The notes: generated from the letters alone by a model not told the origin. Numbered from the stretch's first letter, positions 25,861-34,289 are shown. The stretch: 39,236 nucleotides of DNA from an uncultured Candidatus Saccharibacteria bacterium (GCA_964398205.1 CAYNLU010000006.1:1-39236), one strand, 5' to 3'. Numbers and translations are program-made.

Positions 25861-27627
25861 ATGCAAGAAGAGATAAAAAAGTTTTTTAAAGGTGACATAG
25901 AAAACTCTAATGAAGTTTTGACTAAATATTCGCATGATGCGAGCGTTTTAGAAGTTCGTCCTGAATTAGTACTTTTCCCGAAAGATTCTGAAGATGTTAA
26001 AAACTTAGTTAAATGGGTAAATGAAAACAAAACTCGTTTTCCAAACCTTGCGATAACTCCTCGGTCTGCGGGAACTTGTATGTCAGGAGGATCTATCGGT
26101 GAATCTTTGATTTTAGACTTTACTCGGTATATGAACAAGTTGATTAATTTTGGCAATAAAACTTCACCTGATACTTTTACTCAGGTCCTCGGGTCGCAAG
26201 CTCAACCAGACCATTCGCAAAAGTATACAGGTTCAGTTTTTGATAGAATCACCGTTGAACCCGGTATGTATTATCGAGATTTCGAGAAAATCACTTTAGA
26301 AAAAGGAATGATACTACCTTGCTATACAGCTTCTAAAAGTATTAATGCGGTTGGAGGTATGTATGGGAATAATTCTGCAGGAGAGCGAACTTTGTCATAC
26401 GGTAAAACTGAAGAATTCGTTGCCGAAGCGAAAGTAGTTTTTTCGGATGGGAATCTATATACGGTCAAGCCTTTATCAGAGAAGGAACTCGCGATGAAGA
26501 TTTTGAAAAATGATTTTGAAGGGAATTTATATAAAAAGATTCATGATTTAATTTTAGAAAATAAAGAAGAATTAATGAAAGCGAAGCCTAACGTTAGCAA
26601 GAATTCCGCAGGGTATTATCTCTGGAATGTTGTTGATTTCGAAGGGCGTAGAGGTGAGGGAGCTTATTTTGACCTAAACCGTTTGCTTGTAGGATCTCAA
26701 GGTACGCTCGGTATAACGACAGAGATAACTTTTAGATTAGTTAAAGAAGCGAATTATCGTAAACTACTCGTAGTATTTATGCGAGATATTGATTTGTTAC
26801 CAAATCTCGTTAATAAAATTTTGAAATATAAGCCCGAAACTTTAGAATCTTATGATGATAAAACTTTCTTGCTTGTTTTGAAATATATTTGGGATTTTAT
26901 AAAATTGCTCGGACTACGAAATCTTTTTAAACTTATATTTTCTTTTGGACCAGAAACTGTTATGACTTTGCGTCACGGTTTCCCGAAACTTATTTTACTT
27001 ATAGAATTCGCCGGAGATAGTAAAACCGTAGTCGACGCTCAAGCTAAAAAGGCTTATCAAGAATTAAAATTAGAGAAAAATATCGGAGTGCATCTAACTC
27101 GAGACGAATTCGAAGCTAAAAAGTATTGGACTATTCGTCACGAAGCTTTTAACCTAATTCGTTATCATTTGAAAAAAGTTAAATCAAAACCTTTTATAGA
27201 CGACGTCGTAGTTCGCCCCGAGAAACTTCCAGAATTCTTCCCGAAGCTTTATTCGATTTTAGGTAATTATAAAAAAGATATGACTTTCGCTATCGGAGGT
27301 CACGCAGGTGACGGTAATTTGCATATTTATACTCTCTTAAATCCGAAAGATAAAAAGATTAGAAATATTATCGAAGAAGTTTCCGAGAAAGTTTATACGT
27401 TAGTAAATGAACTCGGAGGATCGAATACTGCCGAGCATAATGACGGCCTCGTCCGGAGTGCTTTCTTGCCTAAGATGTATAATCCAAAAGTTATAGATTT
27501 ATTCCGCGAGACGAAAGAACTCTTTGATCCGAAATATTTCTTTAACCCTGGTAAAAAGGTACCTCTCAAAGAAGGTTCTCTCGGTAGCCGAACTTATCTC
27601 GATAATCATATTTCGATAGATAAATAA
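25861..27627 (+). CDS. FAD-binding (PCMH-type) oxidase/dehydrogenase, GlcD-like
   Basis: PRSAGTCMSGGSIG FAD_binding_4 signature; 588 aa. The antisense 25827..26156 ORF is a shadow. Confidence 0.88.
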   Translation: MQEEIKKFFKGDIENSNEVLTKYSHDASVLEVRPELVLFPKDSEDVKNLVKWVNENKTRFPNLAITPRSAGTCMSGGSIGESLILDFTRYMNKLINFGNKTSPDTFTQVLGSQAQPDHSQKYTGSVFDRITVEPGMYYRDFEKITLEKGMILPCYTASKSINAVGGMYGNNSAGERTLSYGKTEEFVAEAKVVFSDGNLYTVKPLSEKELAMKILKNDFEGNLYKKIHDLILENKEELMKAKPNVSKNSAGYYLWNVVDFEGRRGEGAYFDLNRLLVGSQGTLGITTEITFRLVKEANYRKLLVVFMRDIDLLPNLVNKILKYKPETLESYDDKTFLLVLKYIWDFIKLLGLRNLFKLIFSFGPETVMTLRHGFPKLILLIEFAGDSKTVVDAQAKKAYQELKLEKNIGVHLTRDEFEAKKYWTIRHEAFNLIRYHLKKVKSKPFIDDVVVRPEKLPEFFPKLYSILGNYKKDMTFAIGGHAGDGNLHIYTLLNPKDKKIRNIIEEVSEKVYTLVNELGGSNTAEHNDGLVRSAFLPKMYNPKVIDLFRETKELFDPKYFFNPGKKVPLKEGSLGSRTYLDNHISIDK

Positions 27628-27628
27628 T

Positions 27629-27653
27629 CCTGGGAAGGACGGTCCTTCCCAGG
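27629..27653 (+). repeat. Palindromic element copy 1 (CCTGGGAAGGAC-G-GTCCTTCCCAGG); probable terminator here
   Basis: 12-bp arms, starts 2 nt after the stop codon, followed by TTTGTGTTTT. Confidence 0.6.
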
Positions 27654-27669
27654 TTTGTGTTTTATAAAT

Positions 27670-27698
27670 TTGCATTAATTTTTTGCAATTTATATAAT
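27670..27698 (+). promoter_or_regulatory. Promoter TTGCAT-17-TATAAT
   Basis: -35 at 27670-27675, -10 at 27693-27698, ATG 27709. Confidence 0.5.
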
Positions 27699-27708
27699 TT
27701 AAGTATAT

Positions 27709-30700
27709 ATGTTTACAAAAATTCATTTGAAATTTTTGTGGATAATTATTTTCGCTTTAGCGAGTACTATTTTCTTCGGGCAAAAATCTTTTGCTGCAAC
27801 TTATATAACAGAATCAACTATTGATACAAATACAACGTGGACTAAAGAAAATAGTCCTTATATTATTTCTAGCTCTATTGCAGTTATGGAGAATGCAATT
27901 CTCACCATAGAACCAGGTGTTGAAATTAAATTTCAAAATTCATTTCAAAGATATAATAAATTTGGAATTTCAGTTTTCGGAAGTATACAAGCTTTAGGGG
28001 GCGAAAGTGCTCCTATTTATTTTACTTCAAATAATGATGATTTCCTTTCTAATACAGATGATGAAGAAATATGTAATATTGAGGAATACGACGAAGAAGG
28101 AAATCTGATTCTTAAAGATGAATGTGAATACTATGATTTTGATGATCCTTTTGCGGAAGATTGGAATGGCATTTATTTAAATAATGCTAGTGGAAAATCG
28201 ATATTTAATTATGTTGACTTTAATTATTCAAAAAATACTATAGTTTCTACTAATTCTCAGATTGAAATCAATAAAGTTAATATATCTAATAGTTATCAAG
28301 GATTGCTTATGTATCAAAATTCTTTTGGAACTGCAAAAGAATTAAATTTTTCTTATTTAGAAAGAGATGCAATAGTTTTGTTCAATGACAGTTTTTTGAA
28401 TTTCGAAGGAATAAATATTTCAAATATATATGATAACCCAATTTCAGTTTTTAATAATTCATCTTTGTCTGGTAAAACATTAAAATTTTACGGTGATTTG
28501 TTGTTTGAAAATTATTCAGATGCAATTGATGTTTTTAATGGATCTAGTCTTTCTTTAGAAGATTCTAATTTTAAATATTGTCCTACTGGAAGCTGTATCG
28601 CAATTTTTGACGGGAGAAGTTATACTAGTGAATCTTCGAGTTTAAATATAAACAGTACTGATTTTAAATTTGGATTAGGTGAAGGTATTAGTGTTTTTGG
28701 TGATAGCGAAATACCAATTAACGTAAACAACTCTTCTTTTGATGATTTTAATAATTATGCAATTTCTAACTTTTTAACAAATCAAAGTTTTCGTTTAAAT
28801 TTTGAAAATAATTATTTTGGAGATGCAACTGGTCCTTATCATGAGATATTGAATCCAGATGGCCAAGGTGAAAGAATTATTGGTAATATTGATTTTAAAC
28901 CTTATTTAGAAAGTAATCCTTTTGAAAAATGTATATCAGATTGTGTTTCAAATATTATTTTTATTCCGGGTATGCAGGGTTCGAGGCTATATGAACAAAA
29001 TGGAAATAAAGATAGAGAACTTTGGTTTTCTATAAAAGATTCTTATCATAAAAGTTTATTCTTAGACGAAGAGGGTAAAAGCTTAAATACTATTTATACT
29101 AAAAACGATACTCGAAATAACGGTGAAGCTAAAGAGACTGGTATTGTAGACGAAGCTATTTTTGGATTAAAGATTTATGATAGTTTTATTAACGAATTAC
29201 GTAATCTTAAATCTGAGAAAATTATTAATGATTATTCTTTGATACCTTATGATTGGAGGCTTTCCTTAGAAGATATTATTCGTAACGGTAAAACTTTTGG
29301 AGATAAAAATCAAAATCTTTCTTATTTAGAAGATCAGGCGCTCGATGAAAGTTTTATTATTAAAGAATTAGAAAACTTAGCTAAAAGTTCCAAAAACGGC
29401 AAAGTTTCAATAGTTGCTCATTCGAATGGAGGATTAGTAACGAAAGCCTTACTTCAAAAATTAAAAGATACTGAGAATCCTTTATACGATAAGATAGACA
29501 AGATTTTCTTAGTAGCCGTGCCTCAGATAGGAACTCCAGAGGCTATGATAGCTTTACTTTATGGTACTGGCATAGGACCAATGCAATTAATAATGGATAA
29601 AGATATTTCTCGAGGGTTAGCAGATAATATGCCTACAGCTTATAATCTTATACCTCGTCAAAGTTATTTTGATTTAGTACCTCAAGATAAAAAAGAAAAT
29701 AGACTAATAAATTTTATAGATCATCAAGATTTAAAAGATGCAGTAGAAAAATACGGACTTGAGATTGATAAGTTAAATGAACTCGAAGAATATTTACTTG
29801 GAGAAGAAGGTCGTGAAAAACCAGATATATATGATTTAAAGAAAGCTAATACTTTGAATATAAATCTTTATAATAATGCAAAAGAAGTTTATCAAATGCT
29901 TGATACTTGGCAACCCGGAGACAATATGCGAGTCATTCAGGTAGGAGGTTGGGGAATGGAGACAAAAATAGGGCTCGATTATAAAGAGTATAAAAATATT
30001 TTATTAGGTAAATATTTATCATATAAGGTGCGCGAAACTGTAAATGGAGACGGGACAGTTGTATTACCTAGTGCTTTATATATGAATGAAAGTACAAATG
30101 TAGAAAAATGGCTGGTGGATTTATTAGAATATCGTTCTTTTAGTGGTAAGATTTTACCTATTAAACATGCAGATATTTTAGAAATTCCTCAGTTATTATC
30201 ATTTATTAAAAGTAAGATTCAAAATATTAATTTTGAAGATAGTAATAAAATAATCCTTAAAGATAAATCTAATACTTTACCGAAAGATAAAAAGTTAATT
30301 TATACTCTTCATTCACCTTTATATCTAGGGGTTTTCGATTCCGAGGGTAAGTTTACTGGTAGAGACGAAAAAGGAATTCTTAAACAAGAAATACCAGGCG
30401 TAGAATACGATGAAGTAGGGGAAGTTCAAACTTTATCTATACCTATAGAGCTTGCTCATACCTTAAAACTTTACGGATACGAAGAAGGGGTATTTGCTCT
30501 TGATGTCGATTTATTCTTGAATGACAAGTATTCTAGTAATAATCTTTTTCAAGGGATCAAGACTGGACCTAATACAGTAGTAGAATTATCTTTTACTAAT
30601 GAAGATAGTTTAAAAAATTTAAAATTAGCTCTTGATTACGAAGGTGACGGTATTTATGAAGAAGAATTTTTACCAGAGAAAGAAGAGGTAATAGTAGAAG

Positions 30701-31077
30701 AAGTTAAAAAAGTAGAGAATCCTGGGGGAGTAGTTCTAACTCAATTTTTAAATCAAAATACTATACCTTTAATTTTAGGAGAAGCTATTGAAAATGTAAT
30801 ACCTGAAATTAAAATAGTTAAGGCTGAAGAAGTAAAAGAAGAAAATACAATCCAACAAGTAGAAGCCTCAGAAGAAAATCCTAAAAATAAAATATTTAAA
30901 TTAGAAAATGATAAAGATTTACAAATTCAAGAAGACCCTGCCTTTAATCAAAATAATGAGAAAGAGTTAATAAACGTTGAACCTATTAAAAAATCAAATA
31001 ATTATAAATTGCCAATAGTTGTAGTTATTATTAGTTTAATTTTAATTAGCCTTAAGTTTATTTTTAAGGTATTATAA
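27709..31077 (+). CDS. Large surface protein: signal peptide, parallel beta-helix repeats, LCAT-like alpha/beta-hydrolase lipase domain, C-terminal TM anchor
   Basis: Signal ...KSFA-AT; repetitive N/S-rich beta-helix-like segments (aa 30-400); IFIPGMQGSRL, PYDWRL, VAHSNGG (aa about 410-800); C-terminal LPIVVVIISLILISL. Confidence 0.85.
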   Translation: MFTKIHLKFLWIIIFALASTIFFGQKSFAATYITESTIDTNTTWTKENSPYIISSSIAVMENAILTIEPGVEIKFQNSFQRYNKFGISVFGSIQALGGESAPIYFTSNNDDFLSNTDDEEICNIEEYDEEGNLILKDECEYYDFDDPFAEDWNGIYLNNASGKSIFNYVDFNYSKNTIVSTNSQIEINKVNISNSYQGLLMYQNSFGTAKELNFSYLERDAIVLFNDSFLNFEGINISNIYDNPISVFNNSSLSGKTLKFYGDLLFENYSDAIDVFNGSSLSLEDSNFKYCPTGSCIAIFDGRSYTSESSSLNINSTDFKFGLGEGISVFGDSEIPINVNNSSFDDFNNYAISNFLTNQSFRLNFENNYFGDATGPYHEILNPDGQGERIIGNIDFKPYLESNPFEKCISDCVSNIIFIPGMQGSRLYEQNGNKDRELWFSIKDSYHKSLFLDEEGKSLNTIYTKNDTRNNGEAKETGIVDEAIFGLKIYDSFINELRNLKSEKIINDYSLIPYDWRLSLEDIIRNGKTFGDKNQNLSYLEDQALDESFIIKELENLAKSSKNGKVSIVAHSNGGLVTKALLQKLKDTENPLYDKIDKIFLVAVPQIGTPEAMIALLYGTGIGPMQLIMDKDISRGLADNMPTAYNLIPRQSYFDLVPQDKKENRLINFIDHQDLKDAVEKYGLEIDKLNELEEYLLGEEGREKPDIYDLKKANTLNINLYNNAKEVYQMLDTWQPGDNMRVIQVGGWGMETKIGLDYKEYKNILLGKYLSYKVRETVNGDGTVVLPSALYMNESTNVEKWLVDLLEYRSFSGKILPIKHADILEIPQLLSFIKSKIQNINFEDSNKIILKDKSNTLPKDKKLIYTLHSPLYLGVFDSEGKFTGRDEKGILKQEIPGVEYDEVGEVQTLSIPIELAHTLKLYGYEEGVFALDVDLFLNDKYSSNNLFQGIKTGPNTVVELSFTNEDSLKNLKLALDYEGDGIYEEEFLPEKEEVIVEEVKKVENPGGVVLTQFLNQNTIPLILGEAIENVIPEIKIVKAEEVKEENTIQQVEASEENPKNKIFKLENDKDLQIQEDPAFNQNNEKELINVEPIKKSNNYKLPIVVVIISLILISLKFIFKVL

Positions 31078-31081
31078 ATAT

Positions 31082-31459
31082 ATGAATTGGTTAAAAAACA
31101 AAAAGACTCAAATATTATTTTTTTTATTTAATATTGTTGTATTTTTAATATTAAAGAATTTACAATTTGCAGATTTATATTCTTTCTGGAATGATGCACA
31201 TGTTGCAGGTTTATTTATTTCTGGAATTTATAGTATTTTTTCTTTTTTATTTATTTTTATCAAATTTAAAACTTGGGTTAAGTGGTTGAAAACCATTACT
31301 ATTTTTTCTTTCATTAGTTTTTGGATTATTGTAGACACTTCTTCTACAGATGGTGATTTTTTTGTCTCATCACAAATATTATTTGCTTCTATTTTCATTA
31401 TTCTCTACTCTTTAATCTCTTTAGGTATAATAATTTACCAATATTTTAAGAAAAGTTAA
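31082..31459 (+). CDS. Small 4-helix membrane protein
   Basis: 125 aa, four hydrophobic helices, 4 nt after the surface-protein gene. Confidence 0.7.
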   Translation: MNWLKNKKTQILFFLFNIVVFLILKNLQFADLYSFWNDAHVAGLFISGIYSIFSFLFIFIKFKTWVKWLKTITIFSFISFWIIVDTSSTDGDFFVSSQILFASIFIILYSLISLGIIIYQYFKKS

Positions 31460-31463
31460 GTAT

Positions 31464-31516
31464 TTTTGCGGAAGTCTTGCTTCCGCAAAATAATCCCCAG
31501 GTGTTAAACACCTGGG
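31464..31516. repeat. Two adjacent strong hairpins
   Basis: TTTTGCGGAAG-tcttg-CTTCCGCAAAA (31464-31490) and CCCAGGTGTT-a-AACACCTGGG (31496-31516). Confidence 0.5.
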
Positions 31517-31630
31517 TTAAATTACGCAAAAACAAGTATTTACTTGATTAGTATTATTTGATATATTGATTATAGATTTAGTTCTATTATTAAAGATTTA
31601 TCACGTTTAAGAAGCGTCTTGGATTTGATT

Positions 31631-31658
31631 GCTCGGGGATTTTATTCCCGGGCTTTTT
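31631..31658 (+). terminator. Intrinsic terminator in a non-coding spacer
   Basis: GCTCGGG-gattttatt-CCCGGGC followed by T5. Confidence 0.6.
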
Positions 31659-31663
31659 ATTTT

Positions 31664-31682
31664 GGGAAGGACGGTCCTTCCC
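31664..31682 (+). repeat. Palindromic element copy 2 (GGGAAGGAC-G-GTCCTTCCC)
   Basis: Perfect 9-bp arms, 12 nt upstream of the TGtTAAAAT box. Confidence 0.6.
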
Positions 31683-31693
31683 GTGATTAATTA

Positions 31694-31702
31694 TGTTAAA
31701 AT
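31694..31702 (+). promoter_or_regulatory. Extended -10 promoter TGtTAAAAT (leaderless geometry)
   Basis: TGtTAAAAT, N6 (ttgatt), ATG 31709. Confidence 0.5.
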
Positions 31703-31708
31703 TTGATT

Positions 31709-31996
31709 ATGGCTTTAAAGAGGAATTTAAATATTGAAGCGAAGGTTTGGATTTATCCGGGCGACGGAGGGTGGCATTTTGTAACTATTCCTGAAGAGAT
31801 AAGTAAAGATATCCGGAAAGCTTTCCCAAAAGGTTTCGTAAAAGTACAAGTGAAAATAGGTAAAACGACTTTTCAAACTTCGCTTTTTCCTCATAAGCTC
31901 TCTAAAGGTTACATACTTTGCATAAATAAAAAGATTAGAAAGATAGAAGGAATTTTTGCAGGAGATACTATTAAAATTTCAATAAAGATTATTTAG
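31709..31996 (+). CDS. DUF1905 domain protein
   Basis: GGWHFVTIPEEISKDIRK...VKVQVKIGKTTFQTSLFP...GDTIKISI; ATG 31709 preferred to the TTG at 31703. Confidence 0.85.
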   Translation: MALKRNLNIEAKVWIYPGDGGWHFVTIPEEISKDIRKAFPKGFVKVQVKIGKTTFQTSLFPHKLSKGYILCINKKIRKIEGIFAGDTIKISIKII

Positions 31997-32025
31997 TTGC
32001 AAATTTAAATTTTTTTTGATATACT
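31997..32025 (+). promoter_or_regulatory. Strong promoter TTGCAA-17-TGaTATACT abutting a stop codon
   Basis: -35 at 31997-32002, TG 32017-32018, -10 at 32020-32025. Confidence 0.55.
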
Positions 32026-32059
32026 TAAAATTGCTTTATTGTGACTAATATATATTTTT

Positions 32060-32100
32060 AGCCCCTGCTCAAAAAGTTGAGTTTGGGGCTATTTTTTTTT
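32060..32100 (+). terminator. Intrinsic terminator
   Basis: AGCCCC-tg-CTCAA-aaag-TTGAG-ttt-GGGGCT followed by A then T9. Confidence 0.7.
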
Positions 32101-32109
32101 GCTCATTTA

Positions 32110-32118
32110 TGCTATACT
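32110..32118 (+). promoter_or_regulatory. Extended -10 promoter TGcTATACT of the metK leader
   Basis: TGcTATACT about 16 nt upstream of the riboswitch P1. Confidence 0.5.
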
Positions 32119-32133
32119 AGATTTACAACTAAA

Positions 32134-32262
32134 TATTATCAAGAGTGAGGTTACCTTTCGCAAACGCGAATAACGAGATTTGGCTCGGATCCTCCAGCAA
32201 CCCTGAAAAAATCAAATGGGTGCTAATTCCAACCGACGCATAAGCGTCAGGAAAGATACGTC
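32134..32262 (+). promoter_or_regulatory. SAM-I-type riboswitch aptamer
   Basis: TTATCAAGAG (P1/J1-2), CCAGCAACCC, GGGTGCTAATTCC, P4 GACGC-ataa-GCGTC, GAAAGATA closing P1; directly upstream of metK. Confidence 0.7.
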
Positions 32263-32325
32263 TCCTAGTCTAGTCAACAGAGAAAACTCTTTCCTTCATT
32301 ATTACAATGTAGGAATTTTTATTTT

Positions 32326-33327
32326 ATGATTAACAATATTAAAAAAGGTGTGCGTACTGCTGAATTTGTAAGTCCTCTCCATCCGGACAAGATTTGCGAT
32401 TTTATAGCCGACTCTTTGCTTGATTTATACTTGGCTTCGGATCCGAGTAGTCGAGTCGCGATAGAAGTTATGGGCGGGCACGATTTGATAACTATTAACG
32501 GCGAAGTAACTTCGAGTTTTTCTTTTGATATACCGAAAGAAGTTTTAAATATCTTATCACGTTTAAATATCAAGCAAGAGAATTTCAAAGTTATTTCAAA
32601 TATTAAATTGCAAAGCTCCGAGATTTCTCGTGGAGTAGATCTCGGCGGAGCCGGAGATCAAGGTATTATGCTTGGCTACGCTACGAACGAAACTGCGAAT
32701 TTTATGCCTTTAGAATACGAACTTGCGAGAGAATTAAATAGAACAATTTTCGAGATTTATCCTTATGACGGCAAGACGCAAGTTACTCTCGACGGAGCGA
32801 AACTCGTCGCCGTCGTTGCAAGTTTTCAAAATACTAAAAACCAAGATTTATTAAAAATAGTGAAATCCAAATTAGAATCTTTTGAAGGTTTAGATACTAG
32901 CGAAACTAAATACCTTATAAACCCTAGCGGAGAATGGGTAGAAGGAGGCTTCGACGCGGATACTGGACTTTCAGGTAGAAAGTTGATCGTAGATAATTAC
33001 GGTCCCGAAGTTCGCATCGGCGGAGGATCTTTCTCGGGTAAAGACTATACGAAAGTTGATCGTAGCGGAGCCTATATCGCTCGCAAGATAGCCGTAGATT
33101 TGCTCGCAAAATATTCTGCGAGCGAAGTTATCGTCAAGCTTGCTTACGCTATCGGGATTAAAGACCCCGTAATGCAAGTCGCAATAGTAGACGGTAAAGA
33201 GATAATTATTGAAGGTTACGACTTAAGTCCTAAAGGAATTTTTGAAACTCTAAACTTAGCTCAAGTATCTTTCGCCGAGACTTCAAAATTTGGACATTTC
33301 GGAAGGGGATTTAATTGGGATAAATAG
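32326..33327 (+). CDS. metK: S-adenosylmethionine synthase (short, 333 aa)
   Basis: HPDKICD, GAGDQGIMLGYA, DGKTQVT, DTGLSGRKLIVDNYG, GGGSFSGKDYTKVDRSGAY. Confidence 0.93.
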   Translation: MINNIKKGVRTAEFVSPLHPDKICDFIADSLLDLYLASDPSSRVAIEVMGGHDLITINGEVTSSFSFDIPKEVLNILSRLNIKQENFKVISNIKLQSSEISRGVDLGGAGDQGIMLGYATNETANFMPLEYELARELNRTIFEIYPYDGKTQVTLDGAKLVAVVASFQNTKNQDLLKIVKSKLESFEGLDTSETKYLINPSGEWVEGGFDADTGLSGRKLIVDNYGPEVRIGGGSFSGKDYTKVDRSGAYIARKIAVDLLAKYSASEVIVKLAYAIGIKDPVMQVAIVDGKEIIIEGYDLSPKGIFETLNLAQVSFAETSKFGHFGRGFNWDK

Positions 33328-33329
33328 AC

Positions 33330-33357
33330 TTGACTTTTGTTAGTTTTATGATAATCT
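33330..33357 (+). promoter_or_regulatory. Promoter TTGACT-16-TGaTAATCT, 3 nt after the metK stop
   Basis: -35 at 33330-33335, TG 33349-33350, -10 at 33352-33357. Confidence 0.5.
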
Positions 33358-33363
33358 AACTTT

Positions 33364-33528
33364 AGATTAAAGTTATTTGCAGTGGTCTAGGGGCCCGAAA
33401 AAAGCTATAAAGTGGTGAAATAAAATGCATCATCCTCGATGCATAGCGTAGCTTGCCGGGCCCCCTTTTAGAATATTTAGTTAATACAATTTTGCCCGGT
33501 TTCTCTTTTATAGAGGACCGGGCTTTTT
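33364..33528 (+). ncRNA. Candidate structured RNA A (sRNA or riboswitch-like leader)
   Basis: Bounded by a promoter and a terminator (GCCCGGT..CTCT-tttat-AGAG..ACCGGGC + T5, 33494-33528). Stems GGGGCCCG 33390-33397 / CGGGCCCC 33457-33464 and ATGCATC / GATGCAT 33425-33444. Confidence 0.4.
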
Positions 33529-33602
33529 ATTTGCTTAAATTTCATTTTTATCGTAATATTATTTTGATAAAAAATAGTTCATCACATTAAAAATTTAATA
33601 TC

Positions 33603-34289
33603 GTGGCAGAGACTAAAGATAAAACCCCAAACCTGTCTTGGGAAGCATTTCTTGATTTTGATAAAAAAATTCAAGGTCCAAAAATGAAGTTTACTAAAAT
33701 CGAAAAGAAATACTCTAAAAGAGATTTCGAGCGTTTAGGATTAAAAGCACCTCGCAAGATTGTCGGGCGAGAGACTGGATATTTCTTTGAAGCGAACGGC
33801 TACAAGGTAAAAGTTTGGACTACTATTCTCGAGGATCAGAAAAAACCTCGAGACAAGGGGACCGACGTTGGTTGGGTTCCAATTGTGAAGGGAGATAAAC
33901 CTGTCTATTATGCGAAATGCTTTTTGCGTATAGATGACGAATTTTTCACAAGGCTTTTGAAATATGCTTGGATTGCAAAAGAAAAAATTCTCAATATTCC
34001 TCTTTGCAGGGAATGTCAAAAGCAAATGGAGATAAAGAGAAATTCTAAAACCAATCAGACTTATTTTGCTTGCTTTCATAAAGAAGATCACGCAGAGGAA
34101 AAGAATGTTTATGAGGATTGGGATAAACCCTTAGAAGGTAAACCCATAGCTTTAAAATTCTTAGAAATTCGCAGGAAGCAAACTGCCAATTACAAAAAAA
34201 GAAATAAAAAGCTTGGATTAAATCCAACTCCTAAAGCGAAAATCCGTAAAAATTGGGAAATCGGACGACCTGAAAATCTTAAAAAATAA
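33603..34289 (+). CDS. Hypothetical basic protein with a Zn-ribbon-like CxxC...C...H segment
   Basis: 228-aa ORF, GTG start (alternative ATG 33684); CRECQKQMEIKR...YFACFHKEDH resembles a topoisomerase-type zinc finger; no family recognised. Confidence 0.65.
   Translation: MAETKDKTPNLSWEAFLDFDKKIQGPKMKFTKIEKKYSKRDFERLGLKAPRKIVGRETGYFFEANGYKVKVWTTILEDQKKPRDKGTDVGWVPIVKGDKPVYYAKCFLRIDDEFFTRLLKYAWIAKEKILNIPLCRECQKQMEIKRNSKTNQTYFACFHKEDHAEEKNVYEDWDKPLEGKPIALKFLEIRRKQTANYKKRNKKLGLNPTPKAKIRKNWEIGRPENLKK

Noticed and set aside
31598-32566. 13-nt identity TTATCACGTTTAA (31598-31610 and 32554-32566 inside metK), considered as an sRNA-target pair
   Set aside because: The two copies are on the same strand, so they are not antisense. 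A 13-mer match is expected by chance in 39 kb of AT-rich DNA.
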